From Amphiscolops sp. MND2022 (Eukaryota): DNA of 64,000 nt. The stretch lies in NCBI GenBank assembly GCA_964187785.1, contig OZ076420.1, forward strand, positions 20,212,001 through 20,276,000, given 5' to 3'. Position numbers and translations under genes: made by a program. The notes under the pieces are model-generated. The model was not told the DNA's origin. It searched no databases and saw nothing but the letters and a program-made list of their open reading frames with translations. Below are positions 1-11,530 of this stretch, in pieces; the stretch's first letter is position 1, and the number at the start of each line of letters is the position of its first letter.

Positions 1-2419
1 CTTTGTTGTGGATTTTCTTTGGGTAGAAGATGTTTAGGACATATCTAAGATGCTTTCTCTGAAAAACATCAAGTTTATTCTCTATTCGTTTGTTTGAAAT
101 CCAGGTTGAACTGTTATATTGGAAGATGGGTTTCACAAAAGTTTGATATATGAATAACTTCAGGGGGATTTTTATGAAAGGGTTTTTCCAAACGAAGTCA
201 AACTTTCTGAGAGCACAAAAGCTGAGAATATTACGTTGGCTCATATCACGTTCGTCGTCGAGCAAAGATCCTAGCTTTTTCACTTTAGTGAGATCCTTTC
301 CATAACCAAAGTGTGTATATTCTGTTTTGGTATCGTTTACCTGTAAGTTATATTCAGCAAAGGTACTTTTAACGACATTTATAAGGTGTTTTGGGTCCTT
401 ATCATCGGTGATGATGAAATCGATGTCGTCAGCGTATTCAATATGCAATGGTAATTGGTGTTGACGGAAGGAATAATTATGATCGATCGGTTTCATAATA
501 TTGTCGATTCTTGTTAAAGCAGAGTTTACATAAAAATTGAAAAGCTTAGGCGATAGTGAGTCGCCCTGTGGTACACCCCTTGTCGTAGGGAAGCTATTGC
601 CAAGGTTGGTATTGAATTTAACTGCTAAGGTAGTATTTGTTAATAGAATTTCGATGACTTTCAGATTGCCTGGACTGATAACATCGTTTAATAAATCAAG
701 TAACAGTTTTCTTCGAACAGTATCGAAAGCCTTTGACATGTCAACACCTACGAGACTCGGGTTAAAATCTTTTTCGACGCTTGCGGCAAAAAGAAGTTTG
801 TGCGTCAGAATAACGTCCCCGCTCGATTCATTCTTTGAATAGGCGTGTTGGCTTCTATTGATTATCTGTTCAAGTTGGTCGTCTATTCTTCTTAGGACAA
901 TCAATGATAGTAACTTTCGCCAGACTGAGAGAAGGATGACAGGTCGATAGCTTTCAGGGATTACTCGATTCTTGTTCGGCTTCAAAATTGGCGATATGTA
1001 TCCATGCGTGAGGATGTTATTCTGGTTGATTAGCATGTCATTGAGTGTGTCGGCAATTTCGTCATCTTTCATTTTCTTCATATCTTCCGAAGTAAGGCCG
1101 TCTGGTCCTGGGGCACGTCTATTTTTCAGCTTACTCTTGACGGAAGCTACTTCTTCGATGGTTACATAGTTGATATCATCTCCTTTTGGTATTATGGGTT
1201 GGTCATCTCCTGAAAAACAGTTCCGATAGTGATCCGTAAACATGTTCAAGCTTGGTGATTTGCCAATATCTTTCGGGTTTCTCATTAGTCTCTCCATGAA
1301 TCTGAACAAATTTTGGTGGGCAGCTTGGTTGTTGAGTTGTTCAGCTGATTCTTTTAAATGGAGTTCAATTATCTCTGCTTGTCGGATTTTGATTTTCCTT
1401 TGGAGTATTGCCCTTTCTTTTTTCCAGGTTATGACATGGTCGATACGATTAGATTGGAAAATTTTCTGACGAAGAAATTTTTGCTCTTCTGATAGTTTCG
1501 AAATGATGGGGTCTAAATTAGCTGTTCTGGGTTGTGGTTTCTTGTTTCTTTCAAAGTCCAATTTCTTCCAAATACAGGTAGTTACTAGTCTGTGATCTGA
1601 GTCTATCTGATGGTTGATATGACTTCGGGCATTAATCATGGCTTGTTTTCGGTTTTGGCGCAAGATGATATAATCAATTTGATTGTATATGGTGCTCTTG
1701 GCGGTCTTTTGTTCGAAAGTAGTGATATGGCATGCTCGGTGTTTGAAAAACGTGTTGCTTGCTAAGAGTTTGTTATTTGTCATGAACTCTTGAAGGAACT
1801 CCCCATTAGTGTTTATAATACCTCTGCTGTGAGCACCCAAGCAGGGGGAAGGTCCAGCACGTTTTCCTACTTTGGCATTGAAGTCTCCTAGGATGATGAG
1901 ATCCTTTCCTTTCATCTGTTTTACGACATCATTAAGACTTTTGTAAAATTCTTCGGTTATTTCCACATTCTTCAGGGTACTACCCATATGAGGTGCATGT
2001 ACATTTATCAAAACAAGGTCCGAGGTCTTCTTCTCTGTTCTGTATATTTTGACACCTTCTTGCGTGGTCTTCGAGGCATAATTGTTCTTCTTTCTGACGG
2101 TGATATACGCAATCCTTTCATTTACTTGACATTTTTCCGTGATGCAGGTGGACTTTTTCACTAGGAAACCTAGTCCCAGGTATTTGGACGTTCTTTTGAA
2201 TAGTATTCTTGTATATTCGGTCTCTGGGATGGTTATTTCGTCTGATTTGGTTTCCTGAATAGCGCAAATCGTTACACATTTTTGAGATAGTTGTTTTTCC
2301 ACGTCTTCTATTTTAGGTCTCAATCCTCGTACATTCCATGTACCAAGTACAAGTTGGTTCTTGCTCTGACTGGCTTTTGTTTGAGATTTGGGATTCTTGG
2401 GAGAATCCTGGATAGCCAT
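1..2419 (-). CDS. Non-LTR retrotransposon (RTE-like LINE) single ORF, AP endonuclease + reverse transcriptase, 3'-partial at the window edge
   Basis: ATG at 2419 gives MAIQDSPKN...LVLGTWNVRGL...CAIQETK (APE N-terminal motifs). The same frame has GVPQGDS (~560-578) and EYADDIDF (YADD at 425-436). The ORF track lists no sub-ORFs in this frame, consistent with an open frame of >806 codons running off position 1. I see no ORF1 upstream, which fits the RTE clade. Confidence 0.9.
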   Translation of the reverse strand, partial: MAIQDSPKNPKSQTKASQSKNQLVLGTWNVRGLRPKIEDVEKQLSQKCVTICAIQETKSDEITIPETEYTRILFKRTSKYLGLGFLVKKSTCITEKCQVNERIAYITVRKKNNYASKTTQEGVKIYRTEKKTSDLVLINVHAPHMGSTLKNVEITEEFYKSLNDVVKQMKGKDLIILGDFNAKVGKRAGPSPCLGAHSRGIINTNGEFLQEFMTNNKLLASNTFFKHRACHITTFEQKTAKSTIYNQIDYIILRQNRKQAMINARSHINHQIDSDHRLVTTCIWKKLDFERNKKPQPRTANLDPIISKLSEEQKFLRQKIFQSNRIDHVITWKKERAILQRKIKIRQAEIIELHLKESAEQLNNQAAHQNLFRFMERLMRNPKDIGKSPSLNMFTDHYRNCFSGDDQPIIPKGDDINYVTIEEVASVKSKLKNRRAPGPDGLTSEDMKKMKDDEIADTLNDMLINQNNILTHGYISPILKPNKNRVIPESYRPVILLSVWRKLLSLIVLRRIDDQLEQIINRSQHAYSKNESSGDVILTHKLLFAASVEKDFNPSLVGVDMSKAFDTVRRKLLLDLLNDVISPGNLKVIEILLTNTTLAVKFNTNLGNSFPTTRGVPQGDSLSPKLFNFYVNSALTRIDNIMKPIDHNYSFRQHQLPLHIEYADDIDFIITDDKDPKHLINVVKSTFAEYNLQVNDTKTEYTHFGYGKDLTKVKKLGSLLDDERDMSQRNILSFCALRKFDFVWKNPFIKIPLKLFIYQTFVKPIFQYNSSTWISNKRIENKLDVFQRKHLRYVLNIFYPKKIHNK

Positions 2420-3079
2420 CACACTATCCATCCGATCCGAAACAGCGGAAAGAGCAATCACATGCTCAGTGCCACGTCACACATCGGATTAGAATTTTTG
2501 ACAAAATTTCTGAACATGTCAAAGTTGCAAAATCGGTTGATATTGCTGTACCAGAGCTTGCCGTTACATTTAAAAGTTCCATTCTGCAATGGAAGGCTGA
2601 GAAAAGAAAACAAAAAATTGATGACAACAACAAAAATGTTCGCTTTTTGTTTCATTTCATCAACACGGAAATTTTTCAGAAAATGTTCGAAACTTTAGAG
2701 ATTTTTCAAGAAATCTAATTTGAATGAAATTTGGAAATTTTGGTTGTGGCCCAAAATTTCGCGTTTCTGAAGTTTCATTACATTGCATTGCAGCAAAGTT
2801 AAGCAACTGCGATAGAAGTGCGCCTGTGTAAAGCATGTCCCAACTCAGACCATACTCACTTCTCTCGATATTTTGATGAAGTATCAAACCACGCAGCTAA
2901 TAAGGCTGAATGATGAAGATTTCGGCCAGGTACAATCTTTTACAATTTAGCCATGTTTTTAGGTTTTTTCCTCATTTTTACCACGGAGATGCATCGTCAG
3001 TTACAAATTTCTTTGGAAAATTTTGTTTCCGTACCATTCAAAAATTGAACTCTGTAATTCGGACAAGCGTTAAGATTGA

Positions 3080-3380
3080 GGGGGAGCATGGTGTAGTGGT
3101 TAGAGCATTCGGCGTGCACTGGGGCGATATCCGGTTGGGTTCTATCTCAGCTCACCACTGTAAGGCCTGAAGCAAGTCCTTCATCCCTAGCTTAGTGGTA
3201 TGGTCAAAAACAAAAAAAAAACAAAAAGAGCAACGACGAGTAGTCAGAGATTTTGTGACTTTGAGCAGGTCACTTTGAAGCCGCAGTTTAAAGTCGACCA
3301 TTGCTTGACCACTTGGCCACAAATATGGCACCATGGCTTGTTCCGGGGAGATAGTAGCCGAAAAGCTGCCAATGTAAGAA
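3080..3380 (+). mobile_element. tRNA-derived SINE (family S1)
   Basis: Pol III A-box TGGTGTAGTGG (~3089) and degenerate B-box GGTTCTATCTC (~3138). The body (3170-3380) is homologous to the inverted copy at 59565-59880. Confidence 0.65.
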
Positions 3381-4379
3381 GCAAAATTGCTTATTCGGCA
3401 TCCATGGATTTGGGGAAATGAATTTTTTCTTCTAAGCTGCAATTTTTTCTACTTCTTTGAATATTGATTTCTTCCACTAAGCTCCGTAATATGACCACGT
3501 TGCTTTTTTTTCCCAGGTACACCTTGTTTCGTATTTACCCCCAAAACACAAAAATCCTTTCATTCGTGAAAAAAAACTAGCGCGAATAAAAATTTCATAT
3601 GGTTAAGACTTCATAGGTATTGTTTTTACAGCTGTTTTGACACAAAAACTACTCCGATCGTTGTCCAAAACAGCAAATTTTACAGCAAATTTTGGGGGTT
3701 ATTAGAGAGAAGCTCCCTCTCGGCAGCCATTCATTGGTCTGCTCTTTTGCTGGATAAATTTCACCTCTGTTTCTCAATTGACATTCACATCAAAACCCTC
3801 AAGATTGGTGCTTCATTCGAAACTATTTTGAATCTTGTTTTATCATCAGTTGTATCGACGTCCTCTAAAACAAAATTGAATTCTTACCGCGGAGCCTTGT
3901 TTGCCGAAGCTAATTTGACGTTTGTCCATTCTAGTAGTAGATTTGTTGTTTTGATGTAATTAACAACTCGGGCAATATGGATTGACCTTCGTAATCCACC
4001 GTAACTATCGTCGTTCCATCCAAATTCATCCGATTGTTGTTTAATCTCAATATTGGATTCTAATTGGTCTCAATAATGATTTATTTGATGTTCCGGGATG
4101 AGCAAAACGTTAGTGCTGCTAAGAAATTCCAAGTTTCTTTGGACGTTTGTTGGCCAATTGAGATGCTGTATGAAAAAACGTTCAGTTTTCGTGTTCTTGT
4201 TTTGTTGAACTAATGGATTGTTTAATTTATAGTACGTTTCAGGAACTTCAATCAACTAACAAACATTGAACAAACAATTTATTCACGAAGGCCAGAGATT
4301 TTCATCACATTATCGCAGCTTTTGAACATTGAGTAAACAAGTTTTTCTGCATAAGCTATTTCTAAATCACACCATCTAT

Positions 4380-5094
4380 CTATGCAGATAGGCAGTCAGT
4401 TCTTTTGAGGTCTGGGAACAATCACGAGCCAATTTTTTGTTTCAAAAATCTCCAAACAGTTTCACTTGAATTCAAATCGGGGCTGAATGACGGCCAGTAC
4501 ATTGTTTGAATATAATTCTGCTGAGGTCATATCTTTGATATTTGGGCTGTGTGTGGAGGAGCGTTGTCGTGCTGAAATACAAATCGTCCACCGAATGGAC
4601 ACAATCATTTTGATACTAGGGATTAATAAGTTGGGCAATGTTTGTTCGACGTAATGAGAGCTGTTCATATTCCCTTCGAATAGTTCCAAACACCTAAAAC
4701 CTCAATAAGAACCACTAGGCTGTGATTGAACATTGAATCTGTACTCTCGAAAGTTTCATTGCATTCTTCCTTCTTTCATCTCGCCCATTTTGTCTATAAA
4801 TGTAAAGTTTTGTCTTTTTGATGTCTTTCTAAGCTGGAAGACACACACGTCCGAAAAAATAAGCCGCGCCCAGTCTTGAAAGATGTGCCCAGTCGACACT
4901 TTTTTCTTTTGCAAATTCGTAAAAACGTCTTGCATGGCTATTCGTCTATGGAAACCTTGATTTTTCAAAATTCTGTGTAAAGACACTCGACTGTCGAGGC
5001 AATTATTTTCCATTTTCAAACATGCGAAAATCATAGTCTGTACTGAGTTGTTTTTTTTTACAAAATCTGCCAAATCTCCACAATCTCCGTGCAC
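4380..5094 (-). pseudogene. Tc1/mariner transposase remnant
   Basis: Broken frames contain DWARLIFSD (cf. W..VIFSDE), GNMNSSHY, FQHDNAPPH (cf. FQQDNAP.H) and WPSFSPDLNSSE (cf. WP..SPDLNPIE). Multiple frameshifts; TIRs not identified. Confidence 0.8.
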
Positions 5095-5116
5095 TTCACT
5101 TAGTACCTACTTTAGT

Positions 5117-5240
5117 TAATTTGGCTCAGTTGGTAGTGCGTCTGCCTGGCAGACTCCAGGTCGTGGGTTCGAACACGTGATGATGCGTTACATTTTCACC
5201 CGAAAATATCCCGCTGCTTAGCGGGCGTCTTGTTTCAAAT
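5117..5240 (+). mobile_element. tRNA-derived SINE head (family S2)
   Basis: A-box TGGCTCAGTTGG (~5122) and B-box GGGTTCGAAC (~5165), followed by non-tRNA body. No closing acceptor stem, so not a functional tRNA. Confidence 0.6.
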
Positions 5241-6210
5241 CATTTCTAAACGAAAGACCAGCGAAATATCCAATTTGATAACAGTTCATGAAAATTTTGT
5301 CTTCTGCTGGGAGTATGTACATATGTGTGCTTTTCTTCGGTTCGGTCGTCAGCAAATTTGATAATTTGATTTTCCCTTTCTTCTTGAATTGTCCTTGCCC
5401 TGTTTGAACTTTTCTCTTCCTTTCGTGCACATGTTTCACTTTTGTTTTTTCGTTGATTTTTGATTCGTTTCAATTTTCATGCCTGTATTTAGGTTTTGCT
5501 TTCGGTATTGTATCGATTTTCATGTTGCCCTGTTTATTAGTTTTTTTTCTGTTTGAAGTCTCCAGTTAATTTTTCTATGTGAGAGTGACTCTCATGTCTG
5601 AAGTTCTGCCGGTGTAATTTGATCGAATTGACAAGGTTTGTCTACTTCCAGCAATTTTTTCCAAAAATCTACAGCTGATTTATTTGAGCCTTTCTGGATT
5701 CCAAAGAACCAGCTCTGCTGTGAGAATTGTTATTCCCAAGGAGAAGTGACGACGAAAAAGGGAAAGTAGTCGGTTCATATTCTTTTACTGTCTTGGTCCA
5801 TTCTATAATGCCTGGTTGTCCAATGACCATTTTGAATATTTCTCCTTTTTAAGATGTCAAGATGTTGACTGTGGTCCTCTACAATCTTTCTTTTGTTTGG
5901 TATTTCCTTCTAGTCAATGTTGAGCCATTCTGTTAAACTGGACAAGAAGTTTTCTGCGAATTTTGTAGTGTTTCTGGTGTTGTCTAGTTTCTCCACAGTG
6001 GTGGGCACGGTATGGTTAACTTGTGTCTATTGGACCGTTTTGCGTTTCTAGTTGAAGTGTAGTTGGTTTATCCACCCATTGTTTTACTTAGTGTTGTATT
6101 GTTCCTGGAACTCTTCAGTTTTGAACGGTTGAGTTGCGGTCAGCGGGCTAGGTGTCTTCTTTTCCTTCTCAGCGTTCAAAGCCTGACTACACTATGTTGT
6201 GTTTGAGTGA

Positions 6211-6297
6211 AATGGGAATTTAACACTAAAACTGAAATGGGAAGACTAATGGGAATTTAACACTAAATTTAACACTAATGGGAATTTTTCACTGAAA
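6211..6297. repeat. Short local tandem duplications of AATGGGAATTTAACACTA
   Basis: Three to four partial copies of an ~18-bp unit are visible directly. Confidence 0.6.
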
Positions 6298-7951
6298 CAG
6301 TATATAGAAGCTAAGCTACAAAGTAGTTTACTTCAAACGAGCATACGGATTGTTTCTATGTACATCAGTCAATCTAAATGTCAGCTATTTATGATTTAAC
6401 TATCATTTATTCTATTTCAGTACGTGTTTTTTTTAAATTTTAAAATTCTGTTTATTATATGCAGTTTTTAAAAGGGGTTGTTAGCGAAAGTGTCATTTGG
6501 ATTGTGTCTGCAAGATACGCCATGCAAGACCAGAGCGAAATGACGTAAAAAGGCAATCCCCACCACGTGCTCCTATTTTATCGAAGAGTTCTTGCTTTTA
6601 TTTGGATCTCAAACTAGGATGTGCGTTACATGTGTCGTAACCATTATCACTCTCTTGAGAGTCAATTGAACTCTCTAGTCTGTGACCACTCTGGTTACGT
6701 TGCCTTTGACTTACTTCAGGAAAATCTACACGTGTTTTACGGTTGATTTCAGTGTCTTGGCCTCGTTATGGTCCGATTGACCGAGGATCCAGTTTCATAA
6801 AAGATTCACTGTTTTGTGTTCTCAACGCATTTTATTACTTAGCAACACCTTTTCTGCAATTCTGAGTTTTTCGCTTCAAGTATATGCAAATTCAGGTAAG
6901 ATCCTATTTGCTCTAATTTTCTACTCACTTGAGAAGTGAATTTAAAACTGAATACTCTAATGGTTTCTGCAGTAATTCCACTATTCTCACTGTTATTAGT
7001 GTTTAATATGGATCTAAAAATTCCTCCCGTTTAATTAGTGTTTCTATGCAGTACTCTTGACTCTAGGTCTACCTCAACTTCACTTTCAGCTTCTTGTCCA
7101 TCGTAAACATTTGTAAGAACGTTTTCTGACATCACATTCATATTTTCAAAGTCTGACAATACGCCCGACTGCCTCGAACTCTTCTCTTTAGCCTTTTGTG
7201 TTCTAATGGAAGGTAATATAAAAACATGATGAACGTTTCAAATTAAATTACCAAGTATTCTATGACAATGAGTCAAACAGAGTGTATGTATATCAGAAGT
7301 GGTGGCATCGTAATGAATGAGTAAATGACGAATCACAGCTATAAATATCTTGGGAACCATACACTCAATATTCTAGTCGTCATAGGGTTAAAAATGGATA
7401 TCACGTCACCATGTCTATGAATAGAACGCCTTGTGACCACATTATTACGTCATATCGCGTAGCGTTAATACAACTCTATACATGCCGGAAAGACTTCATA
7501 TTTTTGATACCACTAGAAACTTCATAATGGACTTTGCGTCCAACAAACTGCATTTGCGTTATTGTACAACTAATAACGCATTTCGACTGTCTGGTAGCAA
7601 TAAGGACGACGCGTCCACCGGACCTAAGCAGTAGCTCAGTTGAACGCGTTTCCTTATTTGTACCAGTCAGCTAGTTGCAAACAACAGCTTACCTTTTTCA
7701 TCATTCAATTTTATTGGTTGAGAACTGGTTCACAGCTATCCTTCTATATACCCGTGAAGTAACAATAGAAGAATTAGTAAATGAAACATTGCACTAATAT
7801 TTAGATGGGGTCAAATTGACTTTCAGAATAACAATTAAATGATAATAGATAGGCTAGACAAACATTACTTGGCTTCAGTATAAATCAAAACATACAGGAT
7901 TATTATATTTGATAATGTCAATTATTTTTATTGTTTGAATAACTGAAGTAG

Positions 7952-8535
7952 TGTAATGAAAAGCGCCTAGCGTTTGTTCGCTTCACAGATTGGAGGAACT
8001 GAGGTCATGGATTAAGATTCGGGACCAATCACAATAACTCCAGCCCATTTTGTCCTCCCAAGGAAGCCTGTACCGAGGAGGGGGAACCGTCTCTAGGGAT
8101 GCCTTCTGACCTGTTCTAGTCTGTGATTGCTACTAGTCACATGAAATACGCTTTTTCCTTCGTATCCAGTGCGTAAATAGCGTGTAAAAAAGGGGCAAGG
8201 TTGCATAGAACTAAATTTCCCCAGATGGGAATCTACTGTATATAGCATCAACTGAGTAGCCCTCGAGCTAATATTTAATCGAACAAATTCGGTAAACATC
8301 ACAATCAGGTACTGAAGTCCGGTTCGGCGAATCGGGTTGGTTCCTGGGTGGCATGCCACCAGCGCTCGAGCTGGGCACAACCCCGAGCATGGTTATTGCA
8401 ATTACATCGTCATGCTGTTTTGTTGGTAAACTCCTGGGACATATAGAGTTTCAGCGCATGGGCTGTCAAAATACACGATTTTGTGACCATACACGTGCTT
8501 TCGTTCGTTCTTTCGCTCTTCCGCGTCGCGGGGTT

Positions 8536-8580
<45 letters not shown>

Positions 8581-8698
8581 TCCTCTAAACTTTTTGGCGG
8601 ACTGGTGCTTTGTAAAGACACGTTCTTGGACTACGTCATTTTTGAACGAATTTTTCAGCAATTTCCAAAATTTTCGTTGATCACAGGGTGACGTTACA
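7952..8698 (-). repeat. 3' LTR of the non-autonomous element, contains (CT)20
   Basis: Matches 10806-11530; microsatellite at 8537-8576. Confidence 0.8.
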
Positions 8699-8710
8699 TC
8701 CACTCCCCGG
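8699..8710 (-). promoter_or_regulatory. Polypurine tract
   Basis: Minus strand reads GGGGAGTGGA immediately before TGTAAC of the LTR. Confidence 0.6.
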
Positions 8711-10772
8711 GCTTCTGGCTTGTCGTCCCCGGCAAGCATGTAGGGATCTCGTCCAGGAGTAGAACAACGCTCAGGCTGTGGATACGTCTTTGAAGCAAGG
8801 TGCCATCTTGTTAAACGGTTGCTGTGAAAACGTCGCCGTCTGGGATTCTGAGTAATTTTACTACAAAAACCTAGTATTTTTACAAAAAATTTGGACGTTT
8901 TTAGTACCAGCTCGAGAGCTAGGAATTTTCAGGTGGCTTTTGCCGTTTTTGAGCACTTTTTTTGAGCAGAACGTTTTCGCCAATTTCTCAACAAATGCGG
9001 TACCGATCGGCACGAAACTTGGTAGGCGCTGCCAGTGGACACTCACAATGCTGATTCAATAGTCCGATGAAAGCTCTCGAGCTTTCTTTCGGTTTCGACT
9101 GTGTGCAGACACTATTTTGGCAAAAACAGTCTTTTTTGACACTTCTTTCACAAATTGGCTAAGAGGGTCCACACTACAAATGTTACGGCAGGCAAAAAAG
9201 GGTCAATGTGTTGCCCCACTGGTTACAACACTGCCACAAGCCGTCATTTAGCTGTGCCCGTTAGGTATAGGGCACTGTCGGTCCTACAGTTTTGGCTTTT
9301 TTCGACTATTTTGGCATTTTCTGAGGCCAAAACGTCAGAGAGTTTTTCTCGACTTTGGTTAGCGCTAGGCTCACCAAATTTTCGGCAATAGCGTTTATTT
9401 TTATGGTGGTTGCGGAAAAGCAACCACTTTTTGGCTAGGGTTTGGGAATCTTCGACCCGACCCTAACAATTGGACAGTCCGGTTTTGTGGAAATTTGATC
9501 AAATTCAGTGCGTTTTTCCACTTTTCTCAGCACTGAATGGGAATTTTTGCATGCGGTTTTCACCACTATGCGTTTTTGTTATTGTTAAAACAGAAAATGA
9601 GAGCGCGCGAGTTCTCCTTTCTGGTTGACGGTTGAGTTTCATAAGTTTTTAATTGTATGTTCTACAGGGCTCAAAAAGGCCGAAACTACAAGGCTTTCGT
9701 CGATTTTCGACTCTCACAGCAACTAAACGGTTTGCAAAAGCTAGTTCCAGTCACCTGGGGTTGTGTTTCGCTCAAGAAACTACGCCACAAAGGTATCCCA
9801 GGCACTTATACGTCACCACAATGGTGGTTTTTGGGTGTATTTCCCCGTTTCACCCTTTTTTGCACTTTTTCACTAAAAACTTCTACTTTTTCTCCTAGGA
9901 GAACCACGGGAACAGTTACCCATCGTTTTCCCAGTTTCCCCAGCGTTCGAGGCTACTCTTGCCCCAATTCTGGGAACGCTACGTTGGACTTACGGAGCAC
10001 TCGTGCTCCAACCAAGGAAAACACAAAAAAACACGGAAATTTGCAATTTTTGTGAAAATTCTCTGTTTTCTTCGCGCAAAAGCGTTCCATAGGGTGTCGT
10101 TACATCGCAAAAAATGTTACTGACCTGCACCAACGATACCCGGTGAAAAAAGGTGCAATCTCAAAATTTTCGCGAACCATGACCTATCTGAGCGACTTCT
10201 CTGGTCCATAGGGGGGTACCTTTGCCACGCAATTTCTCCACATCTAGACTAGGTAGAGACTCGCGGTTTAGACCATTAGCACCGTCAGTACTTGCATTCT
10301 CTGTCCACGAAGTTTCATTCCCCTCGAACGTCTCCTCGAGAAACAGGAACTGACCATAACACTCCATTTCGCACCCCGGTCGATCTGGTGGAATATGGAC
10401 TTTCCTCCATCATCGCCGGTCTTGCATGGCTCAAAAAGCTGAAAATAGCCAAAAACATCTGTTAAACACCCGCACCTAGACGCCAGGGCAGCTGACACCT
10501 GCAAAACACGTATCCGCTGATGGGTTAACATATCACAACATCACAAATATGCATTTACTGTTTTTTCTGCCCTGTAATGCCATATTCACACCTGAAAACG
10601 CATTTCTTTCGGGTTTTTCTGGCTACTTTCGGTTCTAGCAGCCACGAATACGTATGGACGTTAAAATATAGGCAAAACTCTGGCTTCTTCCACAGAGTCG
10701 AAACTGTCTCGACGCCAAACACCAGAGGATCAGACTTTTTTAATTACCATGCAGGAAAGCTTCCTAAAGACG

Positions 10773-10790
10773 ATCCCTTTGATGTCGCCA
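10773..10790 (-). promoter_or_regulatory. Primer-binding site TGGCGACATCAAAGGGAT
   Basis: 18 nt complementary to a tRNA-like 3' end (ATCCC-N6-GTCGCCA), the shape of a tRNA-Ser(GCU) 3' end. It lies a few nt inside the right LTR boundary. tRNA identity not verified. Confidence 0.6.
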
Positions 10791-10805
10791 AAAAATGAGG
10801 TTCTA

Positions 10806-11530
10806 AGTAATGAAAAGCGCCTAGCGTTTGTTCGCTACACAGATTGGAGGAACTGAGGCCATGGATTAAGATTCGGGACCAATCACCATAACTCCAGCCC
10901 ATTTTGTCATCCTAAGGAAGCCGGTCTCGAGGAGGGGGAACCGTCTCTAGGGATGCCTTCTGACCTGTTCTAGTCTGTGATTGCTACTAGTCACATGAAA
11001 TACGCTTTTTCCTTCGTATCCACTGCGTAAATAGCCTGTAAAAAAGGGGCAAGGTTGCATAGAACTAAATTCTCCAGATGGGAATCAACTGTAAATAGCA
11101 TCAACTGAGTAGACCTCGAGCTAATATTTAATCAAACAAATTCGGTAAACATCACAATCAGGTACTGAAGTCCAGTTCGGCGAATCGGGTCGGTTCCTGG
11201 GTGGCATGCCACCAGCGCTCGAGCTGGGCACAACCCCGGGCATGGATATTGCAATTACTTCGTCATGCTGTTTTGTGGGTAAACTCCTGGGACATCTAGA
11301 GTTTCAGCGCAGAGCTGTCAAAATACACAATTTCGTGACCATACACGTGCTTTTGTTCGTTCTTTCGCTCTTCCGCGTCGCGGGGTTGCTCTCTCTCTCT
11401 CTCTCTCTTTGCTCCTCTAAACTTTTTAGCGGGCTGGTGCTTTGTAAAGACACGTTCTTGGACTACGTCATTTTTGAACGAATTTTTCAGCAATTTCCAA
11501 AATTTTCGTTGATCACATGGTGACGTTACA
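10806..11530 (-). repeat. 5' LTR of the non-autonomous element, contains (CT)10
   Basis: Matches 7952-8698. The left boundary may extend to TG at 10796. Confidence 0.8.

Larger units (their letters stand above)
7952..11530 (-). mobile_element. Non-autonomous LTR retrotransposon (TRIM/LARD-like), ~3.6 kb
   Basis: Direct repeats 7952-8698 and ~10806-11530 with TGTAA..TTACA-type ends, about 30 differences by eye (~4-5%). On the minus strand there is a PBS next to the right LTR and a PPT next to the left LTR. The 2.1-kb interior has no recognisable gag or pol. TSD unclear: at best TAAC/TAGC if the LTR starts at 7944/10796. Confidence 0.75.

Noticed and set aside
5117-5190. Functional tRNA gene (also 3080-3150)
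   Set aside because: A and B boxes are present but the cloverleaf does not close; treated as SINE heads.
5700-6150. Gag knuckle / integrase remnant on the minus strand
   Set aside because: Only vague resemblance (HHCGE, TDYFPFF); too weak to call.
8353-8739. ORFs with SLSLSL / ERERER runs (also 11206-11589)
   Set aside because: Translations of the (CT)n microsatellite in the LTRs.
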